Part shown: piece by piece, positions 10,740 through 22,582 of the stretch | Position numbering within the stretch: position 1 is the stretch's first letter | Layout of the letters: the number at the start of each line of letters is the position of its first letter | DNA from: Chlorokybus atmophyticus | Taxonomy: Eukaryota > Plantae > Mesostigma and Chlorokybus algae | Direction: 5' to 3' | Length of the DNA stretch: 64,000 nt | NCBI GenBank assembly: GCA_009103225.1 | Contig: RHPI01000193.1 | Coordinates: 430,650 to 494,649 of the forward strand | The notes under the pieces: model-generated | Database searches by the model: none | What the model saw: the letters and a program-made list of their open reading frames with translations, nothing else | Told to the model about the DNA's origin: nothing | Made by a program: the position numbers and the translations under genes

Positions 10740-11203
10740 ATGGCGGGGCCTGCAGGGAGGGGAACACGTTGGACAACAGAGGAGCTGATAGCCCTTGTTG
10801 ATGGGCGCACTGTGGTTGTCAAACTGATGAATGACTGGCGCACCAAGGACAGGGCGCAAGGTTTGAGTGACATACATGAGTACTTGTGCCTTCAGCCAAA
10901 TTAGAAGGGGCAGTGTGGAGGCATACACCAGAGGAGTATCACGACAAGTATGTGTGTGTGCTCTCTAACACACGAATATGTCTTGACAGTCTGCTGCATG
11001 TGTTGACACAAACGTCAAACCCAGGGTGGAACTTCTTGTGGAGCTGTTACAAACGCATTGCAGCATACGAACAAGCGCCAGATGCAATGCCCTACCTAAG
11101 CATGTCTCCCGCACAGCGCCTGACTGCTGGCTTACCAGCAAATGCTTTGAAGGAGCTGCGGCAGCAACAACACCATCATATCGAGGACGGCGAGGGGCAA
11201 TAA
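10740..11203 (+). pseudogene. Second trihelix Myb/SANT-like gene, frameshifted and 3'-truncated
   Basis: MAGPAGRGTRWTTEELIALVDG...WRHTPEEYHDK|WNFLWSCYKRIAAYEQAPDAMPYLSMSPAQRLTAGLP; matches the plant trihelix KW-x-N-L-x3-YK...SY-x2-M...LP pattern. Confidence 0.7.
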
Positions 11204-11229
11204 CGTACTACACATGGCCATGTCGCGTT

Positions 11230-14045
11230 TGGGTTCTAACCATGGCCAATCCCAGAGGTCTGTTTAGATCGCACTCTCCGCGTTTGCTCCCACTCATTGC
11301 ATACTTACGTCACCCACTTTAAGGCACGCCGCATGCGGTGATGCAGCGCGTCTTTGACGTATTGGAGGGCGATCAACTCCTTTGCTACGAGTCAGCCCCT
11401 CAAAGCGTCTGCGGGTTGGTGGTTTGAGGTTAGGCAGCTCATGCCGCACCTGCTGTCTCTTTGACCGATGCTGAGCAGCCATATGACAATGTAAACCCGC
11501 GTGTGCCTACCCAAAACACACAATCAGCCCCAATGAGGCTTCAAGGCACTGTGCTTCTTTTGACTACATTGTAACGATGCCTCTTTGCTTCTTTTGGTCC
11601 TGTCAGCAGCCCTTGTTCCAACAACCTTCTTCTTTTTTTTTGTGGTCGGCCTGCACATCTTCGCAGGCACTCCTCGTGGCACTGTCACTCAGAGGAGGTA
11701 AGGCATTATTTTCTTGCTCCGAGCAAGAAGATAGCAGAGTCTACAACCTTGCGCTTGTTGGTTGCCTCTCGTTCCTCCACGACCTCATGATGCGCCATGA
11801 GCTCATGCATGCAGCTTTGGTCTTTCAGCGCCGGTTTTAGGACACCTCGATCAATCTTTTTATGAGTAAGACGAGCTGGGATCAATGTGGCAAGCTTGAA
11901 GGGAGAGGGCGAGCTACCGCTGCTTCTTGATGAAGATGCCTCCGGATGGTCAAAGTGCGGTGGCAAGTGAGTCTCCGCGGCAAGAAGGGAGGGTGCTGAA
12001 TTGTTATTGCGAGCATGTGGCTGTAGTTGAGGGGAGGCCAGATGTGCAGAACAGTCGGCTACTTCTTGCCTAGCACATGAAGGCGAGGCCTGAGGCGTTG
12101 GCGCAGCACCCTGGGGAGCAGCCGGTGGTAGCAAGGGATTGGCAACGCCATTCCGCCTTTCTCCAATCAGGTCTGTTACCTCCGGTGGCATTTCATGCAT
12201 AGGCCACGACCATTGTTCGGTGCTTTTAGGCTTAAGGAGCCAAAAGTGTGCTTCTGGCTCATCAGAAGCAGTGTTGCCCACCATCAGGATAGTTGGGGCT
12301 TCTTTATTCCCAACCCAAACTGCGCTGCCGGGCCGTGGCACCCACTCCCCATGCTCGCGCTGAACAGTCACGCAGGCAATCAACAACGATAGCTTGCTGG
12401 CAAACATGGTCATCTGCAGGTGCTCCGCGTACACATTTTTTCTCCGCACGTTCTGTCGCACTTTAGCCATGGTTTTGGCAATGTTGCAATTGACATCAGC
12501 CAACATGGTCGCAAGCAAGTTGGCGTAATACTGCGCCATCTCTCCCGCGGCACCAGCGGCTCTGCAGAAGTCTAGTATTCTGCTCGCCACGCCTGCATCG
12601 ACAGCCTTGGCGCTGATTTTGCGAAGAGTTTTCCCCCTGCCGTCGTCGTCCGTGGTGTCGGGTCGAGGGGAGTCGAGGGTCACGCTGTCTCGGACAGCTG
12701 CATGGACAGCGATGCTGTGCTGGACATGCTGCTGCGCCACCTGTGTAACGCGTATCAAAACAGAAAGATGACCTCCACCCTCATGGTGACAAGTGCTTCG
12801 TGCAGCTGGTGTGCTGCTGCTGGGTAATACGGGCAGATGGAGTCGGTGTTCTCCCTGCGAACATGCTGTGCTGTAGCATACAACATCAACAAGCCACGAC
12901 GATAGGTAGTGCTGTTTACACAGTTCTTTGCGTGAGTGGAAGAGAAATTACACTGTTAAGTGAGGTGAATGAGCAAGCAACACGTGGATGCTATGCCCTG
13001 ACTGATGCCAACAAGCACACCGCGACCAAGTACGCAAAGCTCACAGCACGGACAAGCACAGTGCACAAGAACATGCACAGGCTCTCACACGATGAGGGGA
13101 TTCTTGGGAACCGGGACGGTGTGTTTCGTAGTTCAAGTCGCTTCACAAGCTCTTAGCTTTCTCACTTACAGTGTCACCAGCTGATCCGGTGAACACTGTG
13201 CCTACTTATACAAGTCAACTCATGACTGTCCAGAACATAAGCTAACGGTCATATCGAGGCTATTTCCACAGGAAATTACCACTCGATATAGAACCTGACT
13301 TATAACTGAACTCACAACTGAACAGCTACGCGCGGTGCCTATGTAGGCTATGGTCACGAGCTACTCTAGAGACATGACCTAGCTACTGTTCAGAGACACG
13401 CGCGGGTTGCCATGCTGGTAAGCCGGGCGAGGGTTTCGCTGTAGGCATGCCCGATGATGACTGGCATGCTTGGGCGATAGGCATGACAGTGGTGTCCAGC
13501 ATGGCCCAAAATCTGCTCGAGCTGGGGCGCTTGTGATCATCCAGGACACTTTGCGCTATGGATGGCTTGGCGCGAAACACACAATGGTAGAAGCAACTTC
13601 CATATGAAGGCGCATTAATATGGTCCCATGAGGCGAGCTGGCCACCTAGCATGAGTGATGGCTGCACGCTGGTTGCGGCCAGCTCCTCTGATGACTCGCT
13701 GGCAGGTGGTGACCCCTGCTGCATGCGCACACAACACTCAGATGGTGCATTCAACTGTGGACGGCAAGAGTCACAGTGACTGATAAAGTACATGAGTTTG
13801 GGGCAGATTGCTGGCTTCAACTTGCAGCGGGTGGGGTAAGGTGGGTGCAGAAGCCACATCGCTGTTGCGTTGTGCTGTGGTTTTGTCGGTGGCGGCAAGA
13901 TGGATTGTTGCCCCGCAATCACCGGTGCTGCTCGTGGAGGAGATGGCAGTGCATGAAGGACAGGTGCCGCGGAAGGTGGTTGCGCTCTGGTTGCGAAGGG
14001 AGCAGGAGCGGCAGGTGAGACCACTTGTGCATGCAGCAAGGGGGG

Positions 14046-14081
<36 letters not shown>

Positions 14082-15420
14082 GACCCAGAATAAGATGGCT
14101 CACAATGTTGCAAAGGACGAATATAAGCTTATGCAGTGCCTGGCGCATTGTTACCAAGGCACGAGCATAAAAGACAGCGACTTACCTCAATGGCCCGTGG
14201 GCTGCATGGAGCAGGGAAAGCCATGGGGGCTGGCAAGGTGGTATTGGGTGCTCTCCCCGCCACCCTCGATCGCTGACTCGTCACGGAGCTCGTGAGCCAT
14301 GGGCACATCATGCGCCACTGCCCCAATGGACATGTCGGGATTCAACAGGCCAACATGCATGTTAAATTGATATCGCATTGCCGTCGCGCCCATTAGCAAG
14401 TGGGATTGAAGGACCAGTTGATGGGATTGAATCCAGGCTTGCATGGGAGCTTCAACAGGACCTAGTGCACTGTGGTGCTGTCAACCAATTACGTGTGGGT
14501 TAGCTGCATGCTTGCGACACTGCAATTGCAATAGTCAACTGCGTCACACCGTCATTAGGTGGTTGCTTCGAATAGTCACCTGCAGCATTGCTGGTTGATG
14601 CACGAATGAGTGCATGAATTGCGTTATTGCTGGTTGATGCACTATTGGTTGAATGCCGGACAAATGGCCACGCGCTCCTGTGCTCAAACCCAGTCTACTT
14701 CGTTCGGCACGCGCGCGCGACTTCGCACGCTCACGCACATCCTAGCATGCAAATGTAGGCATGCATTGGAGGTGCATGCAGTCAACATGCATAGCGAGAT
14801 TGGCAACAACATATTGCCGCCCAGCTCTGTTTATCTGCTCTAGATTCCGCAATGTCGGCTTGATTGTAGGGTGGGTATGGGCGAATAGTGGAGGCCTGCA
14901 GCCTCACTACATGTATCACATGGACTGCGCCAAAAATAAAATTGCTTTTGCAAGGAAATGCATGTGACTGTTGAGCGTACCTGTGCATTCCTTTGTTCCC
15001 ACAGTCGCAATTGGTCTCGCATGGTTCTGATAAGGGGCCTCAAGGATTGCAGCTCCTGATCCACTCCTTGTTGCAGAAGTGAGCCATCAAGCAGCTCTCT
15101 GTGTGAAGATGGTCCTTGATGGCTTGCCTACTAGTTTATCTAATGTTCGTGATGCATGTTGGATAGCCCCATTGCTAACGCCTGCCATGATCCATGACGT
15201 GGCGCCCGGTAATTGCTGGCTTCGCTGCTTGAACTCTTACGACCATAACTTCTCGCAAGATGTGCCACGCCGCAGCAACCGCCGCCGCCTATGCCTCCTG
15301 GTCCTCCGCCTCCTAGTCGAACCCAGGCCCATTATGCCTGATATTCGACCCGTCATTGACCTGGTGCCCCTGCGTGCCATCATCCGGCCATCAATGCAGC
15401 GTGTTTGGGTGAGTGCACGC
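11230..15420 (-). pseudogene. Leftward element gene, copy B: zinc finger + OTU-like cysteine protease, multi-exon, decayed
   Basis: Cys box APSYGSCFYHCV (Cys codon 13593-13595). Within the 350-aa ORF 11706-12758: helix YAEHLQMTMFASKLSLLIACV and His box EAPTILMVGN...EAHFWLLKP (His codon 12246-12248). Confidence 0.6.
14049..14078. repeat. (TA)15 microsatellite
   Basis: Seen directly; lies in the segment missing from copy A. Confidence 0.95.
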
Positions 15421-15444
15421 TAACTTTCATTTGAGCTAATCGAG

Positions 15445-15605
15445 CAATGCCTCTGTCGTACCATGGATGGTACGACAGAGCCATTGTACAGTAATGGCTG
15501 GGGTTGGACGAGAGATGCCTCTGTCGTACCATAAATGTTACGACACAACTATTGTTACCAATGGTTGTGCGAAGCATGGCTGGCACGAATACATTAGTCG
15601 TACCA
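15445..15605. promoter_or_regulatory. Palindrome cluster, copy B
   Basis: The 42-bp hairpin 15445-15486 is identical to 1952-1993, while flanking sequence differs by several percent. Confidence 0.5.
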
Positions 15606-15785
15606 TCAACCATAGGAGCAAAGACGCACTACAAGTGCGACTCTCGTGCGGGACACTAGACGTTCAAAACCGCCTCATTTTCGTTTTCGCGCCTCGTACA
15701 TTCGGGCGGGCCAACCGGCGGCGGCGTTGGAGGCGGCAGCGCTACTATCAGCTAAACAGGCGGCACCCGACTATCAGTTAAAGAG

Positions 15786-17610
15786 ATGCCTCGTGGTCCA
15801 TCCGTAGGTGCACCTCGTCGTGGAGGTCGGCGCCAGTTGTCCACATTGCCCCCAGTGTTCAACCAGGCAACCGTCGCCAACCAATTGCAGCAAGACCCCG
15901 CGCTAACGCTCAGCACATCACAACAACTCCACCTGACACCGCAGGCGCAAGGGCAAGCTAGACTGCATGCGTTCTTGATGCACTCTACACGTTGCTTCTT
16001 GCTCAACTTCTAACTTGGATGCTTGCTTCTATCATGACTAGCACAGCGACTCACTGCATGCGTTCTGGATACACTGTGCACGTTGTTCTTCTTTTGCAAC
16101 TGTGAGGGTTGCATTTTTCATGGCTGGCAGCATAACTCGTGTGGTTGTGCTTGCAGAGGGTCGATTGGAACCCCCAACCCAAACGCATTTGGCCGTGACG
16201 TGGCAACCTCGGTCGTCAGCAACCCTTCCCTAAGCAAGTGGAAGATTGGCAACGAGGTAAGCACTGTGTGACACTGTGACACTGTGTGTATGTGTGTAAC
16301 GGATTGTTCTTCTGTGGACAGCATTTGCGAGATGCCGTCTTAAAAATCATAAACGGCCACTGGGTAGAGAGCCACGTTTATCCCAAGGAGGACACTATTC
16401 GTAACTTCATGTGTCTGGTGCTGTGAATGCTTCATGACCGCACTGCATCGTGACACTGACCAACCTGCCCGTGACAGGTAGTTGGCTTCGACCATGACGA
16501 CGAGGGCAATGCGGCCAAGTTCTATGAGGTGTACTGGACCAAGGAGTGCCCCTTCCACTGGAGTGTCGCCTTGAAGAAAGCTACGCATGTCCGGTCTGCG
16601 AACGTTACCAAGATCAAGCATGTCCTTGAGAAGGAGTACAAGTGGACACTGTTTAACAGCAACAAGCGCAAGTGAGTTGGGTCCCTCACCACAATGTCTG
16701 CTATGCAACACTGCCTTCTTACTCAGCCTCCATACACATGTACGCATCTCGCCTATTGTAACCGATTCAATCAAGCACATCGACGCCCTAATGGACCCCG
16801 AGACCCAAAAAGCCCAGATGCGCAACGCGCTCCAAAGTAAGTCACAGGCACTATTCTAGCCTGTTGCAGGCTCAACTTGAACTATCTATGTCATGATTAA
16901 TGCCTTGTTGGTGTGACTATCGCAGACAAGTCATGGCGGAGATTTGAGGTGTCCAACAATGCAAACCCGGAGCGGAGGGGATACATCCATGAATGGGGCA
17001 ATCCCATAATCTTGCAAATGATCGTGCAATGCTGGTCTTACGCCGTCACTACACCTGGTTGCCGGCAGCTGACAGTCAACCACCTCGCGTACCTGTTGCT
17101 TACCGTGAGCACTTTAAACTTCATCATTAGCAATTCAGGAATGCTGTAGCCCCAAACTACAGGCTTGCAGACGCGTTGCAGTGAATAGTGGCTTTCAATG
17201 CCACTAAGACATGCCTGTAAACTACGCAGATGGAGCGCATCTCAAAGGGCAAGGATGGAGACCCTCTCTTAGCTGCCAGCATCGACACACATGAAGAGCA
17301 CCTTAGCGGAATCAACACCATGATCATGTCAATGAAGCGGGAGATGAGGCAACGGTACGCAGCCCTCCAGCCATTCACCCTTGTGAAACGCCGCACTGCA
17401 TCTTGTGTCGAATACCCGAAAGATCCCAATCGGCGCCGGCCGCAAGAGACAGCAGCTCGTGACCCGCTCGCTGAGGCAGAAGCGGCATTTGATTGGCTGG
17501 CACAACCGTTTAAAGAGGAAGAGCAAGCTCCGGCGTCTCCTCCACAGGGCCTAGCGCGTGGTGCTTTATTCCATGATGACGAGCAAAGCGATGATGGAGA
17601 GGAGCTGTAG
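15786..17610 (+). pseudogene. Rightward (DUF6532-like) element gene, copy B; one splice acceptor mutated
   Basis: Same exons as 2296-4123, with an in-frame 3-bp deletion at ~16540. The acceptor TCAGG is changed to TCAAG at ~16773. Confidence 0.65.
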
Positions 17611-18013
17611 CGCAGTTGGTAGTCCGTTTAGCTGGTAGTGTACATAGCTACAAGGCTCTTGTGACTGAGTGTTGTGCATCTTAAACCAGCTCTATCAATC
17701 GTCATTATGTTCATGTATGTCAATACTTGCATTCGTATGATATACAACAGAACTGCAGGCATTCCAGTCACATAATCGAACTATAAGCCTTGGTAAGTGA
17801 CTGAGAGACACTGTACACATTTCAAGTATCCGTACACAGCACATGCACATCACGATGCTGGCAGTCAGTGACAGTCGGCTGTAGTCATGCTATGCAAATA
17901 CATATATAACGACAGTTAGGCATCAGCCACCTTCAGTTGCTTAAAGGATGCCTTAGTTTATCGATAATTACCTAGTTGGTGCTTGTGAATTAGGCTTAGT
18001 CGCCTGCGCTGGA

Positions 18014-18339
18014 CTGGTGTGTAACCTGCAGGTGCCTGTCACATAGGCTCAGTCGCCTAAGTAAGACTGATGTGTAATTTGCAAGTGCCTGCTAATTAGG
18101 TGCAGTCACCTGTTAAGGCCTGATGTGTTACTTATAGGTGCCCGTTCATTAGTTGTAGTCACCTAGTAAGGCCTGATGTGTAACTAATAGGTGCCTGTTA
18201 ATTATATAAAGTCACCTGTTTAGGCCTGATAAGTAAGTAAGTAACTAACAGGTGGCTGTTATTTATGCATAGTCACCTGCTAAGGCCTGATAGGTGACTA
18301 ACAGGCGCCTGTTAATTGCGTATAGTCAACTGTAAAAGA
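18014..18339. repeat. Subterminal 53-bp array, 6 units (copy B)
   Basis: Units start at 18014, 18067, 18120, 18173, 18226 (with an 8-bp TAAG slippage) and 18287. Confidence 0.95.
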
Positions 18340-19174
18340 CTAAATTGTACAAAAAGGGCATGATAGTAACGGAAGTTACTATTAGGTCCCTGTATCGAGA
18401 TTACAGGTGGACTAAGCCACGACAGTCTAAATTAGTATCCTCAGGTGCACGGCCGTTGCCAATACTTAGTCGGCCGGCAGGGAAAATATATTGCGACGAT
18501 GTGTTCATACGGTAGTATAAGTAGACAGACTGTGTACTTGTATACTTGGTGATACTGTGAGTGAGAAATCTTGAGTAAAGTTGTGCATGCCGGGTGCATG
18601 TGTGCGCTTGACTTGGGTGAGTTTGCTGTGTGTGAACTTGGTGTTCAGCCTATCGCGCACAACCAGCAAGCTGTGAAGGGAATCCGACTGTGCACAACAA
18701 GCTGTCCCGATTGCCAAGAAACCTCCACCTGTGAACAACTGTGAAGCGAGTACCTCTTTCTACACGATATTGCTATCATGGGTGTGGACTTGGTTGCACG
18801 TACGTGGGCAGTGTGCTAGTTGCATTCTAGGTGTAGCATTGTTATAGTTGTTGCATTCATTCACCTCACTTAATAGTAGAAAGTCCCATTGATCTCAGTG
18901 CAAGGAATTGCGTCACAGCATTACGCAATAGTAATGGCTTGTTGACTCACGCTACACGTCCGCGACAGTGCCAGCCATACCACACCGAATAGTTATGCAG
19001 TTTCCATACTGTAAGTATCCTCAACAGGGGGGGTACTTTGTTTGCTTTTTCACATGCCTTTCTGCATATATACAACAACATATGTATATCTGCTGATCAT
19101 CTGCACGGAGCATTGTGCTGCTACCAGCTACAGCTCAACCTTCGAGACACACCAGCCCTCGACCCCGCGAAGCT

Positions 19175-20023
19175 CGACATGCGTCTCCTCTACATTCCCC
19201 AGCGCGTGGTGCTTTGTTCCATGATGACGTGCAAGGTAATGATGGAGAAGAGCTGAAGCGCAGTCGGTAGTCCGTTTAGTGGTAGTGTACACAAATGCAA
19301 GGCTCTTGTGACTTAGTGTTGTGCATCTCAAACCAGCTCAGTCAATCGTCATTATGCTCATGCATGTAACAACTTGCATCCTTATGATATACAACAGAAC
19401 TGTAGGCAATGCAAGTCACATAATTAAACAACAAGCCTTGTCAAGTGACACTGTACACACCCTAGGTACCTGTACACAGCATAGGCACATAGCGATGCTG
19501 GCGGTCAGTGACATTCGCGTGTAGTCATGCTATGCAAGCAGATAACGTCAGTTAGGCATCAGTCACCTTCAGTTGCTTGAAGAATGCCTTATCTATGACG
19601 ACAATTACATAGTTGGTGCTTGTGAATTAGACTCAGTCGCCTGCGCTGGACTGGTGTGTAATTTGCAGGTGCCTGTCACATAGGCTAAATCATGTGAGTT
19701 AGACTGATGTGTAACTTGCAGGTGCCCGTTATTTATGTATAGTCACCGAATAAGGCCTGATGTGTAACTTATATGTGCTCGTTAATTAGATCTAGTCACC
19801 TGTTAAGGCTTGATAAGTAATTAACAGGTGCCTGTTAATTAAGCATAGTCAACTATTAAGGACTGAATTGTAACGGGTAGGGCCTGATAGTAACGGAGGT
19901 TATACTGAGGTCTGTGTATCGAGTTTATAGGTGGACTGAGCCACGACAGTCTAAATGAGTATCTTCAGGTGCACGGTCGTTGCCAATATTTAATCGGCCG
20001 GCAGGGGAGTCATTTTGCGATGT
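19175..20023. mobile_element. Copy C: diverged right-terminal fragment of the same element
   Basis: Aligns to ~4045-4941; its reading frame ends ...SPARGALFHDDVQGNDGEELK; ends GGCAGGGGAGTCATTTTGCGATGT. Confidence 0.85.
19651..19862. repeat. Subterminal 53-bp array, 4 units (copy C)
   Basis: Units start at 19651, 19704, 19757 and 19810. Confidence 0.9.
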
Positions 20024-20081
20024 TAACCTCGCAGCAAAAGTCGCTGCCACAGCCTAATGATTAAGGCGCCGATGTTACACT

Positions 20082-20509
20082 TGTTGACAATGGCTCACGC
20101 AACCACACGTACACACATGCAAGGCGGTTGTCACACAGTGCAAGCATTTGCGCATGGGCCATGCACACTCTCAACATGCAGACGGCAGCCAGGAGTACAA
20201 CAACCGTTATAACAACTGAGTGTGTAAGGCTATTGTATGCACACATACACTCGCAGCAAGTTCCAAGGGTAGAACCAGCAAGTCAGGTGTTGTCCACAAC
20301 AGTAAGTAGGCAAGGAAGACCAACACCATAAGCAGGCCTAGGTAAAGGAAGCTCAGAGGGAGGCGCCTCTTCTTCAATGCAAACCCTAGGTAGAATACCC
20401 AAAACGGCCCCCACACATGAGGGTAGGGAAGGTCCCTTTTACAGCTAAGCCAAGCACCCCATACACACAGCGAGTAAATACCGGGCTTAATCAAGCTCAA
20501 CTTCCAACA
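20082..20509. mobile_element. Possible solo LTR (428 bp)
   Basis: TGTTG...CAACA termini (TGTTGACA / TTCCAACA); no target-site duplication (ACACT vs CCATG). Confidence 0.3.
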
Positions 20510-22031
20510 CCATGCTGACCCAGCTTGTTACTCCTCCCTGTTGCCTTCCACACGTGGCGACATGTGAACTCAAAACTGGGCCACCCGCCTTTTGTTGAGC
20601 TCGCACATGCCAAACAAATCCTCAAAAGGTACTAACGTATGCCACTAGCATACTACACTCTACTGTCATTACAGGAACCAAAATTGTCTCCACTATATTC
20701 GTTCTTGTAACGCAGGGTTCTTGTCCCATTACAAGAACATTGCCAGAGCACATGATGTATGATGGCTCTTACAATGCATTGACCGTACATTTCATGACAT
20801 AAACATAATGTCAACATATACATACTTACAAACGGCTAACATCAATATAATGCATTGACGTTGTGCGTTGCCAGAACCGCCTTTTAGCCATTGCTGGTTC
20901 ATATCACGAATATAATTTTTCCTGTAATGGTATGAATTTCCCTCATGTACAACTCATCTCATAATTTTAATTTTTATAGCGCGATTGTTTTGTTAACGGG
21001 CGTGATACAAATGCGAGTACACTGTATGCCACTATGCATATTATGCATAGCATGCCAACATGGTGTGCCACAGTATGTTGGCATATGTGTCGGACACATG
21101 TTACTTCAACCATGTTTATCAATACATTATGTATGACAAAATACGCTGCTGTGACAGATGTCTATGTTTGGATGACTTGATCTCATCACTCCCCACATGT
21201 CACATCAATTCACTATCAATGGCATGTACACTTATTGACTGCTAGTCAATCAGCACATAGTGTGCGCAAGCTGCTTATCAATGCCTGGTACAGTTCAATC
21301 TGCTCAAAGCTATGAGCTTAAGGAATGACCATATTAATTATAAAGTGGTTCGCTGATCAGTGATTAGTGATCAGCGAGCTTTAACACTTAAAGAGTTGAA
21401 CTCCCATACAGTCATTCTGTGAACATAGTGGTTTAAAAGTGAGCGTGCCTTGCCAATTACGCGTGACAACATATTTACCTATCGTAAGCAATTTATCTTC
21501 CTGACATGGTTGGCAACGTGTTGATGGCTTATGTAATGCATTGTGCGGGAACGCCATTGATGTTAATAAATGGCCATCGTGGTTGCATTTATGTTGCATG
21601 AGTCCGACCACCCACACAATACAGCGTATACAAAGCTCTTGAGAAAAGCTCAGGTCAATTTGGCTTCATGCAATGGCGCCAAGTTGTTGACATAGTTCAA
21701 CCAGGGCGGGTGTACAACAGTGTACAAAAGATTTCAAGCCTCATATGCTGCATGCAAGGAGTGTCATTGACAACTATGCATATGGTGGCATTCACAACCC
21801 ACACATACAACACGCTATTCTATATAATCCACCACCGGGCTATACTGCCTACACTACAGCTACTTTACCCGCCTTCCCCGTTAGTCACACACAAGCATGC
21901 AAGGGTTCATCACCTGTACAGCAGCTACAGCACGCAGCAGCAGTGTGCATCGCGTAGGGTTTGTAGCTTAAATTTAATTGATTTGTAAGGCGGAACGTCA
22001 ACATGTCATCAACGATTGGTCGTCATTGATA

Positions 22032-22112
22032 GGTAACACTCATTATGAGTATCTGATACTCATAATGGGTTACCCACAACCAGCAGTTATGACATAACTG
22101 CTGGTTGTGGGT
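22032..22112. repeat. Two abutting perfect palindromes
   Basis: CATTATGAGTATC-t-GATACTCATAATG (22041-22067) and ACCCACAACCAGCAGTTATG-a-CATAACTGCTGGTTGTGGGT (22072-22112). Confidence 0.95.
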
Positions 22113-22582
22113 GGTGATGTTGGCAGCGTGTTGGCGGCCTATCAATTTTAGCCGGGCATGATTGATGGCAGGAGCGAGTTAAGTGGTAGCTATAGCAAGC
22201 TTGCTACTCATGGTAAATGCACTACATTATTGTGTGTATAATTGCACAGTGCGTATGGTGAAAGTGAGCTACATCTCGGCATGCACGCTACTGAGCACAT
22301 GTGAGCACATTTCTATGCATACACAGGCGTGTCTCTAGTGCCCATGCAAGAGGTAGAGTAGTACCTCACCGTATCATAAACTGATGCTACTCGCACCTCA
22401 CTGCGGCTGTACACTCAAAGTACAGTAGTCCGCATCGGTGCTGCGCAGTTGAATGCCAGTAAAGTGCAAGGCAAGAACAACCAGGCAGCTACACCACGGG
22501 CAGTTAATACACTTACACCGTTACAAGCCCCATATCATTCAATGCGGACACAATCTGAACTGGAATAACTGGAATACAGCAC

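Larger units (their letters stand above)
6500..11203. mobile_element. Decayed PIF/Harbinger element region (transposase plus Myb/SANT genes); termini not found
   Basis: A Harbinger DDE transposase lies convergent with a trihelix Myb/SANT gene, which is the canonical two-gene layout. Boundaries are approximate. Confidence 0.75.
11230..18503. mobile_element. Copy B of the multi-gene element (more complete; left end truncated; candidate right terminus ...TTGCGACGATGTG)
   Basis: Collinear with copy A plus an extra 12348-14279. The leftward gene's exon-like segments continue to ~11230, where they abut the Myb2 fragment. Confidence 0.85.

Noticed and set aside
12348-14279. 1932-bp insertion with an ACTC target-site duplication
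   Set aside because: No TIRs, and the 350-aa ORF and OTU motifs run continuously across the left junction, so deletion in copy A is the simpler reading.
21000-21620. RING/PHD-like pseudogene (CQPC...CSQNDC; CH...C...CP)
   Set aside because: Cys spacing is split over frames with many stops and cannot be supported.
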